A stretch of DNA of 62,138 nt, the filler included. It is 4 parts of 4 records of this genome, joined end to end, with 100 filler letters (N's around TTAATTAATTAA, not from the genome) between each part and the next. Parts side by side here need not be neighbours in the genome. Positions count along the whole stretch, not along the records: positions 1 to 19,060 come from SRR31156797_12879; 3 more parts are not named here. One strand, written 5' to 3'. Made by a program: the position numbers and the translations under genes. The notes beneath the pieces are model-generated. The model was not told the DNA's origin and did not search any database. It saw nothing but the letters and a program-made list of their open reading frames with translations. Numbering within the stretch: position 1 is the first letter of the stretch; each line of letters begins with the position of its first letter. Below, one piece after another: positions 1 through 9,435 of this stretch.

Positions 1-1482
1 ACCACCAGACTGTTTTTTATGCTTACCCTGTACCGTGGTGTTGCCCTTAATGGTTTCACGATACGGCACTTTGGGTGTCCGCAACTCCATTTCCACGCCA
101 TACTTGCGCTTGAGTTTTTCACCAACCATTTCGAGGTGACTCTGACCGACACCTGAAATAAGCACCTCGTGCGTCTCCTGCTGCCGAGTCAACTTAAGGG
201 TTAAATCCTCATCAAGCAATTTAGTAATAGAGGCAAACAATTTTTCCTCATCACCCTTTTTAGCACTTATGGCATAGGAAATAACAGTCGGCAATGGCTC
301 AATACAGTCAAAAACAACCTTGTCAGACTCGGCACACAGAGTGTCACCGGTGGTGGTTTCTTTTAACTTAGCCACTGCAATAATCATCCCTGGGATCGCT
401 TTATCAACAGGCTTCTGCTCCTTACCCTCCAACACAAACAACTGCCCGAAGCGCTCAGAGGTCTCCTTGTTAGCATTATAAAAACTGTCACTATCCAGGG
501 TACCGGAAAAAACCCTAAAGATAGTCAACCGACCGGCAAAGGGGTCTGCCATAGTCTTAAAAACAAGAGCTGAAAACGGTGCATCAGCAGTTCTTTCTCT
601 TTCCACTACATCATCGTTATCGGGATTGATACCGTCAACAGCAGGCCGCTGATCCGGAGATGGCAACAGCTCTACGATACTATCAAGTATAGTACTGGTG
701 CCTTTATTAAGCAAAGATGCGCAGGCACAAACAGGAGCAATCTGGGCAGTTCTGACTGCTTTGGCAAGCCCTGATTTCAACGCTTCATCTGTCAACTCGC
801 CTTCTTCAAGGAACATCTCCAGCAGATCGTCATCGGTTTCTGCCACATATTCCTGCATATTTTCGCGGAGATCTGCAACTTCATCAGCCATATCAGCAGG
901 CACGTCTTCTGCCTTCACGCCACCCTTGTCATCAAATATCAGTGCCTTATTGGCAACAATGTCCACGACGCCCTTAAAATTATCTTCAGCCCCAATGGGC
1001 AGGTAGAGGATAACCGGGTTGAGGTCAAAGGCAGCACGGATATCGTCAACGGTTTTAGAAAAATTGGCACGTTCACGATCCATCTTGGTAACACAAATAA
1101 GACAGGGCAAGTTTGTATCCTGCACCAAGTCAACAAATTTTTCTGTCTGGGGACGAACACTGAGCACTGCGCCGACACAAAGGATGGCATTGTCTGCTAC
1201 CTGAACTGCGAACCGGCTTTCATTAAAAAAGTTGTCATCGCCTGGAGTATCGGCAAGAAACACATCGTTTTTCTGCCATAGCAAGTGATTAAAAGCGGTA
1301 CTCATGCTCACCTGGCGCTTTATTTCTTCCGGCTCAAAATCCATTGAGGCTGTACCGTCATCCACCTTTCCCAACCGATTCACCGAACCTGCAGCAAACA
1401 ATAACGCTTCAGCAAGTGTAGATTTACCGCTGTTGCCATGTCCGAGAATAACTGTGTTCCTGATCTGTTGAACGTCTTGCAT
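1..1482 (-). CDS. fusA: Elongation factor G paralogue (EF-G2/FusA2-like), 3' end truncated by the window edge
   Basis: Not in the ORF track (no stop inside the window). Manual translation from ATG 1482 (RBS GGAGGT): MQDVQQIRNTVILGHGNSGKSTLAE...DTPGD...TKMD, ending in the EF-G domain IV motif GKHKKQSGG at position 1. Confidence 0.93.
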   Translation of the reverse strand, partial: MQDVQQIRNTVILGHGNSGKSTLAEALLFAAGSVNRLGKVDDGTASMDFEPEEIKRQVSMSTAFNHLLWQKNDVFLADTPGDDNFFNESRFAVQVADNAILCVGAVLSVRPQTEKFVDLVQDTNLPCLICVTKMDRERANFSKTVDDIRAAFDLNPVILYLPIGAEDNFKGVVDIVANKALIFDDKGGVKAEDVPADMADEVADLRENMQEYVAETDDDLLEMFLEEGELTDEALKSGLAKAVRTAQIAPVCACASLLNKGTSTILDSIVELLPSPDQRPAVDGINPDNDDVVERERTADAPFSALVFKTMADPFAGRLTIFRVFSGTLDSDSFYNANKETSERFGQLFVLEGKEQKPVDKAIPGMIIAVAKLKETTTGDTLCAESDKVVFDCIEPLPTVISYAISAKKGDEEKLFASITKLLDEDLTLKLTRQQETHEVLISGVGQSHLEMVGEKLKRKYGVEMELRTPKVPYRETIKGNTTVQGKHKKQSGG

Positions 1483-1671
1483 GGATACCTCCGGTGAAAC
1501 GGGTACAATAATTAATTGGCGTGAGGTTACCTTTCCCGCCCGCATATCGGGAAAAACCTTTCTCTTTCCAGGCAGGAGTGGTAACCATCTACTCCTGAAA
1601 AAACAGACTATTATATATTCAGATTATTCTGGCAAAGTCAAGTGATAACCTCCTGATACCCTGATAGATGT

Positions 1672-3279
1672 ATGCCCTCTCAAAAAGCCGACCAACCAAG
1701 CAAGACAACAGGTAAAATTGCCCGCTCCGCAGGGGCTGTAGGTGGAGCTGTCATGTGCAGCCGCGTCCTTGGCCTTATCCGAGAGCAGCTCTTTGCAGCT
1801 CTTTTCGGGGCAGGTTATGCCTACGACGCCTTTGTGGTTGCCTTTCGAATCCCTAACCTCCTCAGAGATCTCTTTGGCGAAGGTGCGCTTTCCGCAGCCT
1901 TTGTCACTGTCTTTTCCGATTACGACACCAACAAGGGTGCCAAAGCAACTTGGGAACTGGCCTCATCCGTCCTTATTTTCTTTGCCATACTGCTGAGTGT
2001 ATTGACCCTGTTTGGGATCTACTACGCAGACGCCATCGTCCACCTGCTCGCACCAGACTTTGACTTGGTAACAGGCAAGACAGCCCTGACAGCCAAGCTG
2101 ACCAGGATCATGTTTCCCTTTCTGCTCTTTGTCTCACTTGCAGCAGTGGTAATGGCGATGCTCAACACCAAAGGAAAGTTTTTTGTACCTGCCATGGCGT
2201 CCAGCTTCTTTAATCTTGGCTCCATTGTCGGCGGGGTATCGCTTGCTTTCATCTTCCCACATTTCGACCAACCAGCTATTGCTGGTATGGCCTGGGGCAC
2301 CTTAATCGGCGGAGCAATGCAGCTTTGCATGCAGCTTCCAACACTCATACGGGCTGGATTCACCTTTACCCCACGGCTCAACTTCAATGATCCTGGCCTT
2401 AAACGAATTCTGTTGCTCATGATCCCAGCCACTATCGGCCTTTCCGCTACCCAACTTAATATCTTTATTAACACTAACTTTGCCGCCAGCTGTGCCGAAG
2501 GCTCTGTTTCTTGGCTCAATTACGCTTTCCGTCTGGTCCAACTGCCCATCGGCGTTTTCGGTGTTGCCTTGTCCATTGCCGCAATGCCGGTGATGGCAAA
2601 ACAGGCAGCAGAAAAAAACATGGCAGGACTAAAGGAATCCTTTATCTCTTCCCTTATCCTGGTATTCAGCCTTACCATCCCTGCTACTGCCGGGTTGATC
2701 CTGCTCGCAGAGCCCATCATCAGCCTTATTTTTGAGCATGGTATATTTACCGCGCTAGATACAGCCAGAACCGCCGAAGCGCTCCAATTTTACGCCTTAG
2801 GGCTTTTTGCCTACTCAGCCATAAAAATCATGGTTCCGGTCTTTTACGCTATAAATAATACCCGGTATCCAGTTATCGGCAGCTTTATCGGAGTAGGAGC
2901 AAACCTTATCATTATTAATTTATTGATAGAGCACCTCCAACACCGTGGTATTGCACTTTCCACCTCATGCGCCATTGCCTGCAATTTCTTTTTTTTAGGG
3001 GTGATACTGCTGAAAAAACTGGAAGGACTGCCGTTGCTATACCTGGCAAAAGGGCTGCTCAAGATTTTGACTGCAACCCTGGTGATGGGAAGTGCGGTGT
3101 GGCTCCTGCAAATGCAAATACAACCATGGCTGAAGGGTCCGCTCCTTCTGCAGGCGCTGGGTGTTTTCCTCCTTGTTGGCAGCGGGGGCAGTGTCTATGC
3201 CATTGCCTTACAGCTGTTTGATTTACCCGAGTTCACTTTACTGACTAGTAAGGTCCGTCAAAGATTTTCCAAATCATAG
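1672..3279 (+). CDS. murJ: Lipid II flippase MurJ (MviN)
   Basis: SRVLGLIRE, DAFVVAFRIPNLLRDLFGEGALSAAFV and RLVQLPIGVFG motifs; many TM helices. Confidence 0.96.
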   Translation: MPSQKADQPSKTTGKIARSAGAVGGAVMCSRVLGLIREQLFAALFGAGYAYDAFVVAFRIPNLLRDLFGEGALSAAFVTVFSDYDTNKGAKATWELASSVLIFFAILLSVLTLFGIYYADAIVHLLAPDFDLVTGKTALTAKLTRIMFPFLLFVSLAAVVMAMLNTKGKFFVPAMASSFFNLGSIVGGVSLAFIFPHFDQPAIAGMAWGTLIGGAMQLCMQLPTLIRAGFTFTPRLNFNDPGLKRILLLMIPATIGLSATQLNIFINTNFAASCAEGSVSWLNYAFRLVQLPIGVFGVALSIAAMPVMAKQAAEKNMAGLKESFISSLILVFSLTIPATAGLILLAEPIISLIFEHGIFTALDTARTAEALQFYALGLFAYSAIKIMVPVFYAINNTRYPVIGSFIGVGANLIIINLLIEHLQHRGIALSTSCAIACNFFFLGVILLKKLEGLPLLYLAKGLLKILTATLVMGSAVWLLQMQIQPWLKGPLLLQALGVFLLVGSGGSVYAIALQLFDLPEFTLLTSKVRQRFSKS

Positions 3280-3995
3280 AGGAGTTGTAACTGAGCAAGC
3301 AATGCCACTGTGGCCGTATCAACATGTAAAATACGCTTGCCCATGGTGAAAGGGGTAAAACCCTGGTCTGCAAACATATCGAGCTCAAAGTCATTCCACC
3401 CGCCTTCCGGCCCCACAGCTAGCAGAAGAGGTTTACGCTCTTTGCCAGGTACATCCAGGGCAGCCAACGGAGTCTCTATCCGAGGATGGGCAATAATGCC
3501 GGTTCCCTCAAGCTGTGGGAGTACCTCTTGGGCAAACGGCTTGAACTGTTTATGGATGCTCACCTCTGGAAGCCAAGTATCCATCCCCTGCTCCATGCCC
3601 TCCATAAGCAGCTCCCGTATCTTCTCCGGAGTAAGCACCGGGCTTTGAAAAAATGATTTCTCAACCCGCCTCGATCTTATCAGATAAAACTTTCGTACCC
3701 CAAACACCGTCGCTTGCTTAAGAATGCGCTGCAGCATGATCGGTCTGGGTAAGGCCAAGATAAGTTCTAAATGAAAATCGCACGGGGGCTTTTGCTCAAG
3801 AGTCACCTCCAAAACGACATCTTTTGCCTCCCGTGCAACAACCACCCCGGTACCAACCGGCCCGTTGACCATGCCCACCCGTACCGTATCGCCAGGTTCG
3901 ACCCGCAACACCTTGAGCAGATGCTTAGCCCGACGGTCTGATAAGATAAGGCGACGGCCCTGCAGCTCGTCGCCTTCAAAAATAAGTAGATTCAT
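3258..3995 (-). CDS. rsmE: 16S rRNA m3U1498 methyltransferase RsmE
   Basis: HLLKVLR, VGPEGGW and MGKRILHVDTA SPOUT motifs; converges on murJ with a 22-bp overlap. Confidence 0.93.
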   Translation of the reverse strand: MNLLIFEGDELQGRRLILSDRRAKHLLKVLRVEPGDTVRVGMVNGPVGTGVVVAREAKDVVLEVTLEQKPPCDFHLELILALPRPIMLQRILKQATVFGVRKFYLIRSRRVEKSFFQSPVLTPEKIRELLMEGMEQGMDTWLPEVSIHKQFKPFAQEVLPQLEGTGIIAHPRIETPLAALDVPGKERKPLLLAVGPEGGWNDFELDMFADQGFTPFTMGKRILHVDTATVALLAQLQLLYDLENL

Positions 3996-4007
3996 GGATG
4001 AATGAAG

Positions 4008-5270
4008 TTAGGAAAGTTTGAAGCTGTCGGGCTCAAAATCCAAGGTTGCGAAATAATCAACAGCTGTCTCTTCCCGACGAATAAGCGCAACAGAGTCATC
4101 AGTTTTCAACAAAACCTCTTTGGGGCGCAGCTTACCGTTATAGTTAAAGCCCATGGCCTGACCGTGAGCTCCGGTATCATGAATGATTAAAACGTCATCA
4201 TTGTCAATCACAGGGAGGGTGCGCTGGATAGCGAACTTATCGTTATTTTCACATAAAGAACCGACCACATCCACCACTTCCGTTGTCTCAGCTCCGTCCT
4301 TACCCAACACCTCAATATGATGATACGCACCGTATAACGCAGGGCGCATCAAGGCGGTCATACACGCATCCACACCGATATAAGTCCGGTAAATGTTTTT
4401 ACGATTGATGGCCTTCACCACCAGGGCACCATGGGGACCGGTCATGAACCTGCCGCTTTCCATGTACAGGGCTGGAGCATAGCCGTTCTGCTGTTTGAAG
4501 CGCTGAAAAAGAGAAGTTATCCCCTGCCCCATGGCTTCAAGGTCCAGGGGGGCGGCATCAGGTGCATAGGGTATTCCCATTCCACCGCCGATGTTTATAA
4601 ACTCAACCGTGATGCCAAGCTCCTGATGCAATTCGTCAATCAACTCGAGCAGCATTTCAGCAGTTTGAACCATGTAACCATGGTACAACTCGTTGGAGGC
4701 CAACATGGTATGAATACCAAATTTCCTGGCACCCCGGTCTCGAGCCTTCCGGTAAGCTTCCACAACCTGGTCGTGACTTACACCGTACTTGGATTCGACT
4801 GGATTACCGATGATATCGTTCCCTGAACGACGCGCACCAGGGTTATAACGAAAACAAATTAACTCTGGCATTTCTTCGAGCTTATCAACCAGGGTTATAT
4901 CATCAAGATTAAGAATACAGCCACCGTCGGCAGCAGCCAGCGCGAACTCCTCCTTACTAGTGTTGTTGGAGGTAAACATAATATCACTGCCTTTGGCACC
5001 CAGCTCCCGGCTCATCATCAATTCGGTAGCAGAGCTGCAGTCAAAGCCAAATCCCATGTCCTGCATAATGCGTAAAATTTCAGGGTTGGGCAGTGCTTTC
5101 ACCGCATAATATTCGCGAAATTCATCAATACCAGCAAAGGCATCCTTGAGCCTGGCACCGGTTTCACGAATTCCCTTCTCATCATACACATGAAAAGGGG
5201 TGCCAAAATGGTCAATCATGGCAGGCAGGTGGGGATATAGTCGCGATTTATAGTCAGAAGAAAGGGGCAT
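4008..5270 (-). CDS. lysA: Diaminopimelate decarboxylase
   Basis: TPFHVYDE, YAVKA (PLP Lys), NIGGG, ESGR, VGSLCENND and DTGAHG motifs. Confidence 0.93.
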   Translation of the reverse strand: MPLSSDYKSRLYPHLPAMIDHFGTPFHVYDEKGIRETGARLKDAFAGIDEFREYYAVKALPNPEILRIMQDMGFGFDCSSATELMMSRELGAKGSDIMFTSNNTSKEEFALAAADGGCILNLDDITLVDKLEEMPELICFRYNPGARRSGNDIIGNPVESKYGVSHDQVVEAYRKARDRGARKFGIHTMLASNELYHGYMVQTAEMLLELIDELHQELGITVEFINIGGGMGIPYAPDAAPLDLEAMGQGITSLFQRFKQQNGYAPALYMESGRFMTGPHGALVVKAINRKNIYRTYIGVDACMTALMRPALYGAYHHIEVLGKDGAETTEVVDVVGSLCENNDKFAIQRTLPVIDNDDVLIIHDTGAHGQAMGFNYNGKLRPKEVLLKTDDSVALIRREETAVDYFATLDFEPDSFKLS

Positions 5271-5274
5271 AGTG

Positions 5275-5745
5275 TTATTCCTTAGTATTTTCGGTGCAAG
5301 TTAAAGGTAACTTGGCTGTCTCTTTGTAGGTGTGGAGAACTGTAGCTGTTCTGGTTGCAGTAACGCCGCTCACCTGATTGATTTTTCGTTGAAGAATAGC
5401 ACCCAGCTCTTCGGTATCGGCAACCCGTAGTTTCAGCAGGTAACTATCATCACCGGCAACATAGTGTACTTCCTGCACCTCAGGGATTGCAGCAAAAGCT
5501 TTCCCTGCACAGGTGGCATCAGCCGACGAAACCTGCACCTGAACAAAAGCTATTTGGCGTCGATTAAATCTGTCAGGGTTAAGGCGAACCTCATAGCCGT
5601 CAATAATCCCCTGGCGCTCCATTTTACGAATTCGCTCAAGAACTGCTGAAGGTGCCATTTCCATCTGCCTGGCAACCTCCACATTGGGTATTCTTGCTTT
5701 TTCCTGTAATATTTTCAGTATTTTCAAGCTGGTTTCGTCGATCAT
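5275..5745 (-). CDS. Lrp/AsnC family transcriptional regulator
   Basis: MIDETSLKILKILQEKARIPNVEVAR...ERIRKME..GII.GY HTH plus RAM domain (IPEVQEVHYVAGDDSYLLK). Start trimmed from 5799 to 5745; stop lies 4 bp before lysA. Confidence 0.9.
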   Translation of the reverse strand: MIDETSLKILKILQEKARIPNVEVARQMEMAPSAVLERIRKMERQGIIDGYEVRLNPDRFNRRQIAFVQVQVSSADATCAGKAFAAIPEVQEVHYVAGDDSYLLKLRVADTEELGAILQRKINQVSGVTATRTATVLHTYKETAKLPLTCTENTKE

Positions 5746-5924
5746 CGTGTCTACACCGGCTTGCTCAACCAAAGAACAAGCAACATTTGTAATAATCATT
5801 CCTTATTCATGACAAAATACTCTCACCCACACCGTTGTCAACCCAATTGTTCATCAAAAATACAAAATAATAGAAAATAATTCTGGAAAACCACAAAAAG
5901 AAAGAACAGGTTCACTCTAATTTA

Positions 5925-6361
5925 TTATATAACCCAACATATCAAGTGGACAGATAGCCCGGTTACGCATTTTTTAACCACATGGGTATAGTCCATGCTC
6001 GTTTCAACCTTTGCTTGCCCCTGATAATCATGAACCTGCAGCAAATCAACAGCATTGAGCAAAAGGTGGGTTGTTAAACTATGGCTACCAGGAGAGTTCC
6101 CTGCACTTCCGGAGCATAGCAAACCAACAGCTTAGCCCCACTAAGCTATATTTCTTCAGTTCGACAGGCGTAATTCTTGAGCCGCATTGCCTCTGTATAG
6201 GCCCACAGCGTATCGGAAGAGAGAAACACCCCATCGCGGATTACAGCGATAAAAGGTTCGTCCCTTTCCTGTTTCCCACTTTTCTCGTTTTTGCCGAAAA
6301 GTTTAAAAAAATATAGCGGCACAAAATACACCGATTTTGTAAGCTGGAACTCTGTGCACAC
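5925..6361 (-). pseudogene. intI: Integron integrase (IntI) remnant with large internal deletion, stop and frameshifts
   Basis: N-terminal piece EAMRLKNYACRTEEI*LSGAK resembles the IntI SAM-like motif RLKHYSYRTEQTYLxWAKRF. In another frame, HSLTTHLLLNAVDLLQVHDYQGQAKVETSMDYTHVV resembles box II HSFATHLL..G.D.R.IQE.LGH..VETTMIYTHV. After a further shift comes MRNRAICPLD, like the IntI-type C-terminal SPLD. Confidence 0.82.
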
Positions 6362-6595
6362 AAAAACAAGTCACCACTAGGCATCCTGAAACAGGTCTAT
6401 AACACCACAACGAAACACCAACAAGCCCATTCAAAAAAACCGCTTGATATCAAAAACATAAATAGCTATAAAAAAATATTTAAATAATATTTCCAATAGG
6501 TTTCAAACAAACAGAAACAAGCTAAAGACACTACAAACACAATACCATCACAGGCAAGTCGCTTTCAACTTTTCCTGCAATTGGGAAAATCAGTG

Positions 6596-6613
6596 ATCCT
6601 AAAAACGTCAGAC
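6596..6613 (+). other. Candidate attI core site (mutated)
   Basis: CCTAAAAAC-GTCAGAC resembles attI1 CCTAAAACAAA-GTTRRRY with GTT changed to GTC; lies between the intI 5' end and the first cassette-type gene. Confidence 0.4.
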
Positions 6614-6785
6614 GCCGATTTAACAATGCCGTCTTTCTGCGCGCGACTACATTGACTGGAACTGAGCGTAACCGCTCCCACGCTTTGGCAGCGGATCAAA
6701 TACAAACCTGATCAACACAGCCGAACTCGAACCTGACAAGAAGCCTGCTTGCTGAATCGCAGGCCGTCACCAAACCACTGGGACT

Positions 6786-6838
6786 TGCATCGGCCCACAT
6801 AAAGACACTTGAAAGTGTTCTTTATGTGGGCCTATGCA
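6786..6838. repeat. Long near-perfect inverted repeat (about 25-bp stem)
   Basis: TGCATCGGCCCACATAAAGACACTT-GA-AAGTGTTCTTTATGTGGGCCTATGCA; one mismatch and one single-base bulge. Confidence 0.85.
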
Positions 6839-6875
6839 TTAAATTTCGAAAAATAAATAGTAGGTATGCGTATCA

Positions 6876-7694
6876 ATGACCTTTGAATTTGATGGAGAAA
6901 AATACCAAAAAGCATCAAGCCACCAAAAAGAATGGGGGGCTAAATTAATATCTGAATTTCAATTCCATGGCTCCGAACACATTCTTGACCTTGGTTGCGG
7001 TGACGGCGCAATTACCTCTAACTTAGCAAGCCAAGTCCCAGGCGGCTCTGTCCTTGGCATTGACGCATCCCAAGGAATGATCAAAACAGCTAAAGAGACG
7101 CACCAGCAAGACAATCTCAAATTTGAATGCCTTGATATCAACTCCATTCATTTCAAGAATGCATTTGACATTATCATTTCAAATGCCGCTCTTCATTGGG
7201 TGAGAGACCATAAACAACTCTTAAGCAAAGTTCATGACGCTCTAAAAAAGAATGGTACCGTTCGGTTCAACTTTGCAGCTGCAGGCAATTGCTCACATTT
7301 TTACAAAGTGATCAAGCAAGTCATGCAGTTCCCGAATTACGCCAAATACTTTGATGATTTTGTTTGGCCTTGGTACATGCCAGATATCGAAGAATACAAA
7401 GTATTAGCAGAACAATTTTCATTTTCAGAAATAACAGTTTGGGGAGAAAACGCAGACAGAAATTTCCCCAATGCAGAGGCAATGATTAAGTGGGTTGATC
7501 AACCCAGTATTGTCCCTTTTCTCAAATGCATTCCCTCTGAAGAAGACGCCAAAGCCTTCAGAGACATTGTCGTTGAAAAAATGGTGCACGAAACAACTCA
7601 AAAAGATGGAACTTGTTTCGAAACTTTCCGCAGAGTAAACCTGAGATCAACAAAACATCTATCATGCTTAAAACAGAGAGGAGACAACAAGTGA
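6876..7694 (+). CDS. Class I SAM-dependent methyltransferase (trans-aconitate MTase-like), cassette-type gene
   Basis: ILDLGCGDG, GIDAS and FDIIISNAALHWV motifs; the tail after FETFRR may be read-through into former intergenic DNA. Confidence 0.9.
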   Translation: MTFEFDGEKYQKASSHQKEWGAKLISEFQFHGSEHILDLGCGDGAITSNLASQVPGGSVLGIDASQGMIKTAKETHQQDNLKFECLDINSIHFKNAFDIIISNAALHWVRDHKQLLSKVHDALKKNGTVRFNFAAAGNCSHFYKVIKQVMQFPNYAKYFDDFVWPWYMPDIEEYKVLAEQFSFSEITVWGENADRNFPNAEAMIKWVDQPSIVPFLKCIPSEEDAKAFRDIVVEKMVHETTQKDGTCFETFRRVNLRSTKHLSCLKQRGDNK

Positions 7695-8035
7695 ATTAAC
7701 TTGACCGTTATACAACTTACGGAAGCATAATCACTATTCCAAAAGACCACATAAACTTTAAAGCGCTTAGGCCTGCAAACGAAATCGATGAAGAAATCAT
7801 GTACTGTGCCATAGCTTTTATTGAGCCCAATGGTGGTGGTCCGTTGCCAGAGCATACCCATCCACATTATTACTTATTTACAGTTATTTCTGGGGAAATA
7901 GAAATCCGACTGGATGGTGACAAAATTATCATGAATGATGGCATGTCACAGGGAGTACCAGGCAATAAACCGCACTCCATATGCAACATTTCAAAAATGG
8001 TTTCCAAGGTTTCTGGTATTTCATTGGTGCCATGA
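7691..8035 (+). pseudogene. Cupin-domain protein with in-frame TAA at codon 3
   Basis: RBS GGAGA, then GTG AAT TAA; the same frame continues (LDRYTTYGSIITIPKDHINFKA...) into the 7799 ORF with IEPNGGGPLPEHTHPH...GEIE...VPGNKPH cupin motifs. Confidence 0.7.
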
Positions 8036-8073
8036 GCAGTTGTATAATGACGACAAATACAGGAGACAACAAC

Positions 8074-8718
8074 ATGAAACCAGGCCAGTGTTCAAAACAT
8101 AGAGGACTCAGCAATATATCCAGTAATAGTAAAGACGTAGCCAAGTACTACGACAACTGGTCCAGTGAGTATGACAAGACTCTTGCCGAATGGCGTTACG
8201 ATGCACCTGAGCAGGTGGCTTCAATGCTGCTGGCTGAACTCTCGCCGAAATCAGTGATTCTGGACGCTGGTTGTGGAACAGGAATAAGCGGCAAGGCATT
8301 ACGCTCAGCCGGGTTCGAAACTATTGACGGAATTGATGCCTCCCCCCAATCCTTAAAAATCTCCAAAATGTCAGGCGCATATAATACTTTGCGCGTGATG
8401 GACATGCAGCGTTTTCCTTTTCCCACTCCAGATGACCAGTACGACGGATTGGTTTGTGTAGGCGTTCTTACGTACCTAACCGACGGCACTGGTACGCTGC
8501 GCGAATTTAACCGAATAGTCAGATCAGGAGGGGTCGTCGTGCTTACACAGCGAAGTGATTTGTTCGCAAAGCGTAAGTTTCAAACCGTGCTTAAAGGACT
8601 GGCAGATGAGGGATGCATCGCACATGTGCGCATTTCTGAACCCCGTCCCTACTTACCGGATAACGAGGAATTTGGTGACAAAATTCTTGTGCACTATATT
8701 GCTTATACTGTCGTGTAA
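8074..8718 (+). CDS. Class I SAM-dependent methyltransferase (METTL27-like), cassette-type gene
   Basis: RBS AGGAGA before ATG 8074; YYDNWSSEYD, ILDAGCGTG and GIDAS motifs. Confidence 0.88.
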   Translation: MKPGQCSKHRGLSNISSNSKDVAKYYDNWSSEYDKTLAEWRYDAPEQVASMLLAELSPKSVILDAGCGTGISGKALRSAGFETIDGIDASPQSLKISKMSGAYNTLRVMDMQRFPFPTPDDQYDGLVCVGVLTYLTDGTGTLREFNRIVRSGGVVVLTQRSDLFAKRKFQTVLKGLADEGCIAHVRISEPRPYLPDNEEFGDKILVHYIAYTVV

Positions 8719-8855
8719 GGTGATACGGAACGGGATTGCATAACCGGGCCTTTGCTGCCCTTTCAGCACCCATTGAGGGGGAAGTGGCCATATTCCCAAT
8801 GCAATTGTAAATATAGACGATAATTTGACGAATAGACAAATTAATTCAAATGACA

Positions 8856-9142
8856 ATGAGAACGCTAAAATTAAAAAAATAGATGCCTTTGCTTCTGAAA
8901 ATTCTTCAGGAAATCCTGCAGCAGTAGTCTATCTCAAGTCGCCTAATGAGCTCTCTCAAAAAGAAATGCTTCAAATTGCGAAAGATTTGAAAGGATTTGT
9001 TAGTGAGGTTGGGTATGTCAGCCCAGGGACAGACACTGATTACCAGCTCCGATATTTCTAAAAAACTGACACAGACGAGTATCAGGTATGGTTTGGTGGA
9101 GGCGCAGCACTAAAGATAGATGGGCAATTCATTTTGAGTTGA
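8856..9142 (+). pseudogene. PhzF-family isomerase remnant (frameshift, stop and internal deletion)
   Basis: ATG 8856 shifts frame in an A-run into KKIDAF...GNPAAVV...MLQIAK...SEVGYV...LRYF. TAA at 9059-9061 is followed in frame by a PhzF-like C-terminus, YQVWFGGGAALKIDGQFILS*. The central catalytic part (FCGH) is missing. Confidence 0.8.
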
Positions 9143-9197
9143 GAAGCAGTAACTCCTTACATGCCATATAATTGCCTCTTTTTTCGAACCTCTTAAG

Positions 9198-9307
9198 TGT
9201 AGCTGCTATCCGGTGCTCCAGCTTTGAATAAGCGGGTTTTGCAGCTGTAGCTTACCTATGCGGGAAAACGTGATCGTTCTGAGATGGGGTGCCAGTGAGC
9301 AGCTACA
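9198..9307. mobile_element. 110-bp MITE-like element with terminal inverted repeats
   Basis: Ends TGTAGCTGCT...AGCAGCTACA form a perfect 10-bp IR, with imperfect extension to about 30 bp; non-coding. Confidence 0.6.
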
Positions 9308-9326
9308 ATAGAAATTACGAAAATTG

Positions 9327-9389
9327 GATTAACTAAATTCTTGCAGCTGAGCGCAAACAAGCTGCGCGTGCTGAAAATCGCTGCTAGAT
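9327..9389 (+). other. attC recombination site (63 bp) with mutated core
   Basis: R'' GATTAAC, 5 nt, L'' TCTTGCAG (extra G), GCGCA/TGCGC stem, L' CTGAAAA, 5 nt, R' GCTAGAT (GTT changed to GCT). Spacing is canonical and the site precedes the LysE gene. Confidence 0.72.
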
Positions 9390-9435
9390 TCTAAGATCAA
9401 AAAAATACCACCTAATACGCTTTAAGGTTAAAAAA

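Noticed and set aside
698-5649. Short ORFs overlapping fusA, murJ, rsmE, lysA and lrp (e.g. 698-1006, 2022-2519, 4431-4826)
   Set aside because: Antisense or off-frame shadows of well-supported genes, with no motifs. The same applies to similar shadow ORFs throughout the window (e.g. 46157-46705, 47264-47890).
6071-6316. 81-aa plus-strand ORF
   Set aside because: Antisense to the intI remnant, with no recognisable features
7697-9061. In-frame stops in the cupin and PhzF genes as possible recoding
   Set aside because: Both are TAA, occur alongside frameshifts and deletions, and neighbouring genes use the standard code; pseudogenisation is the simpler explanation
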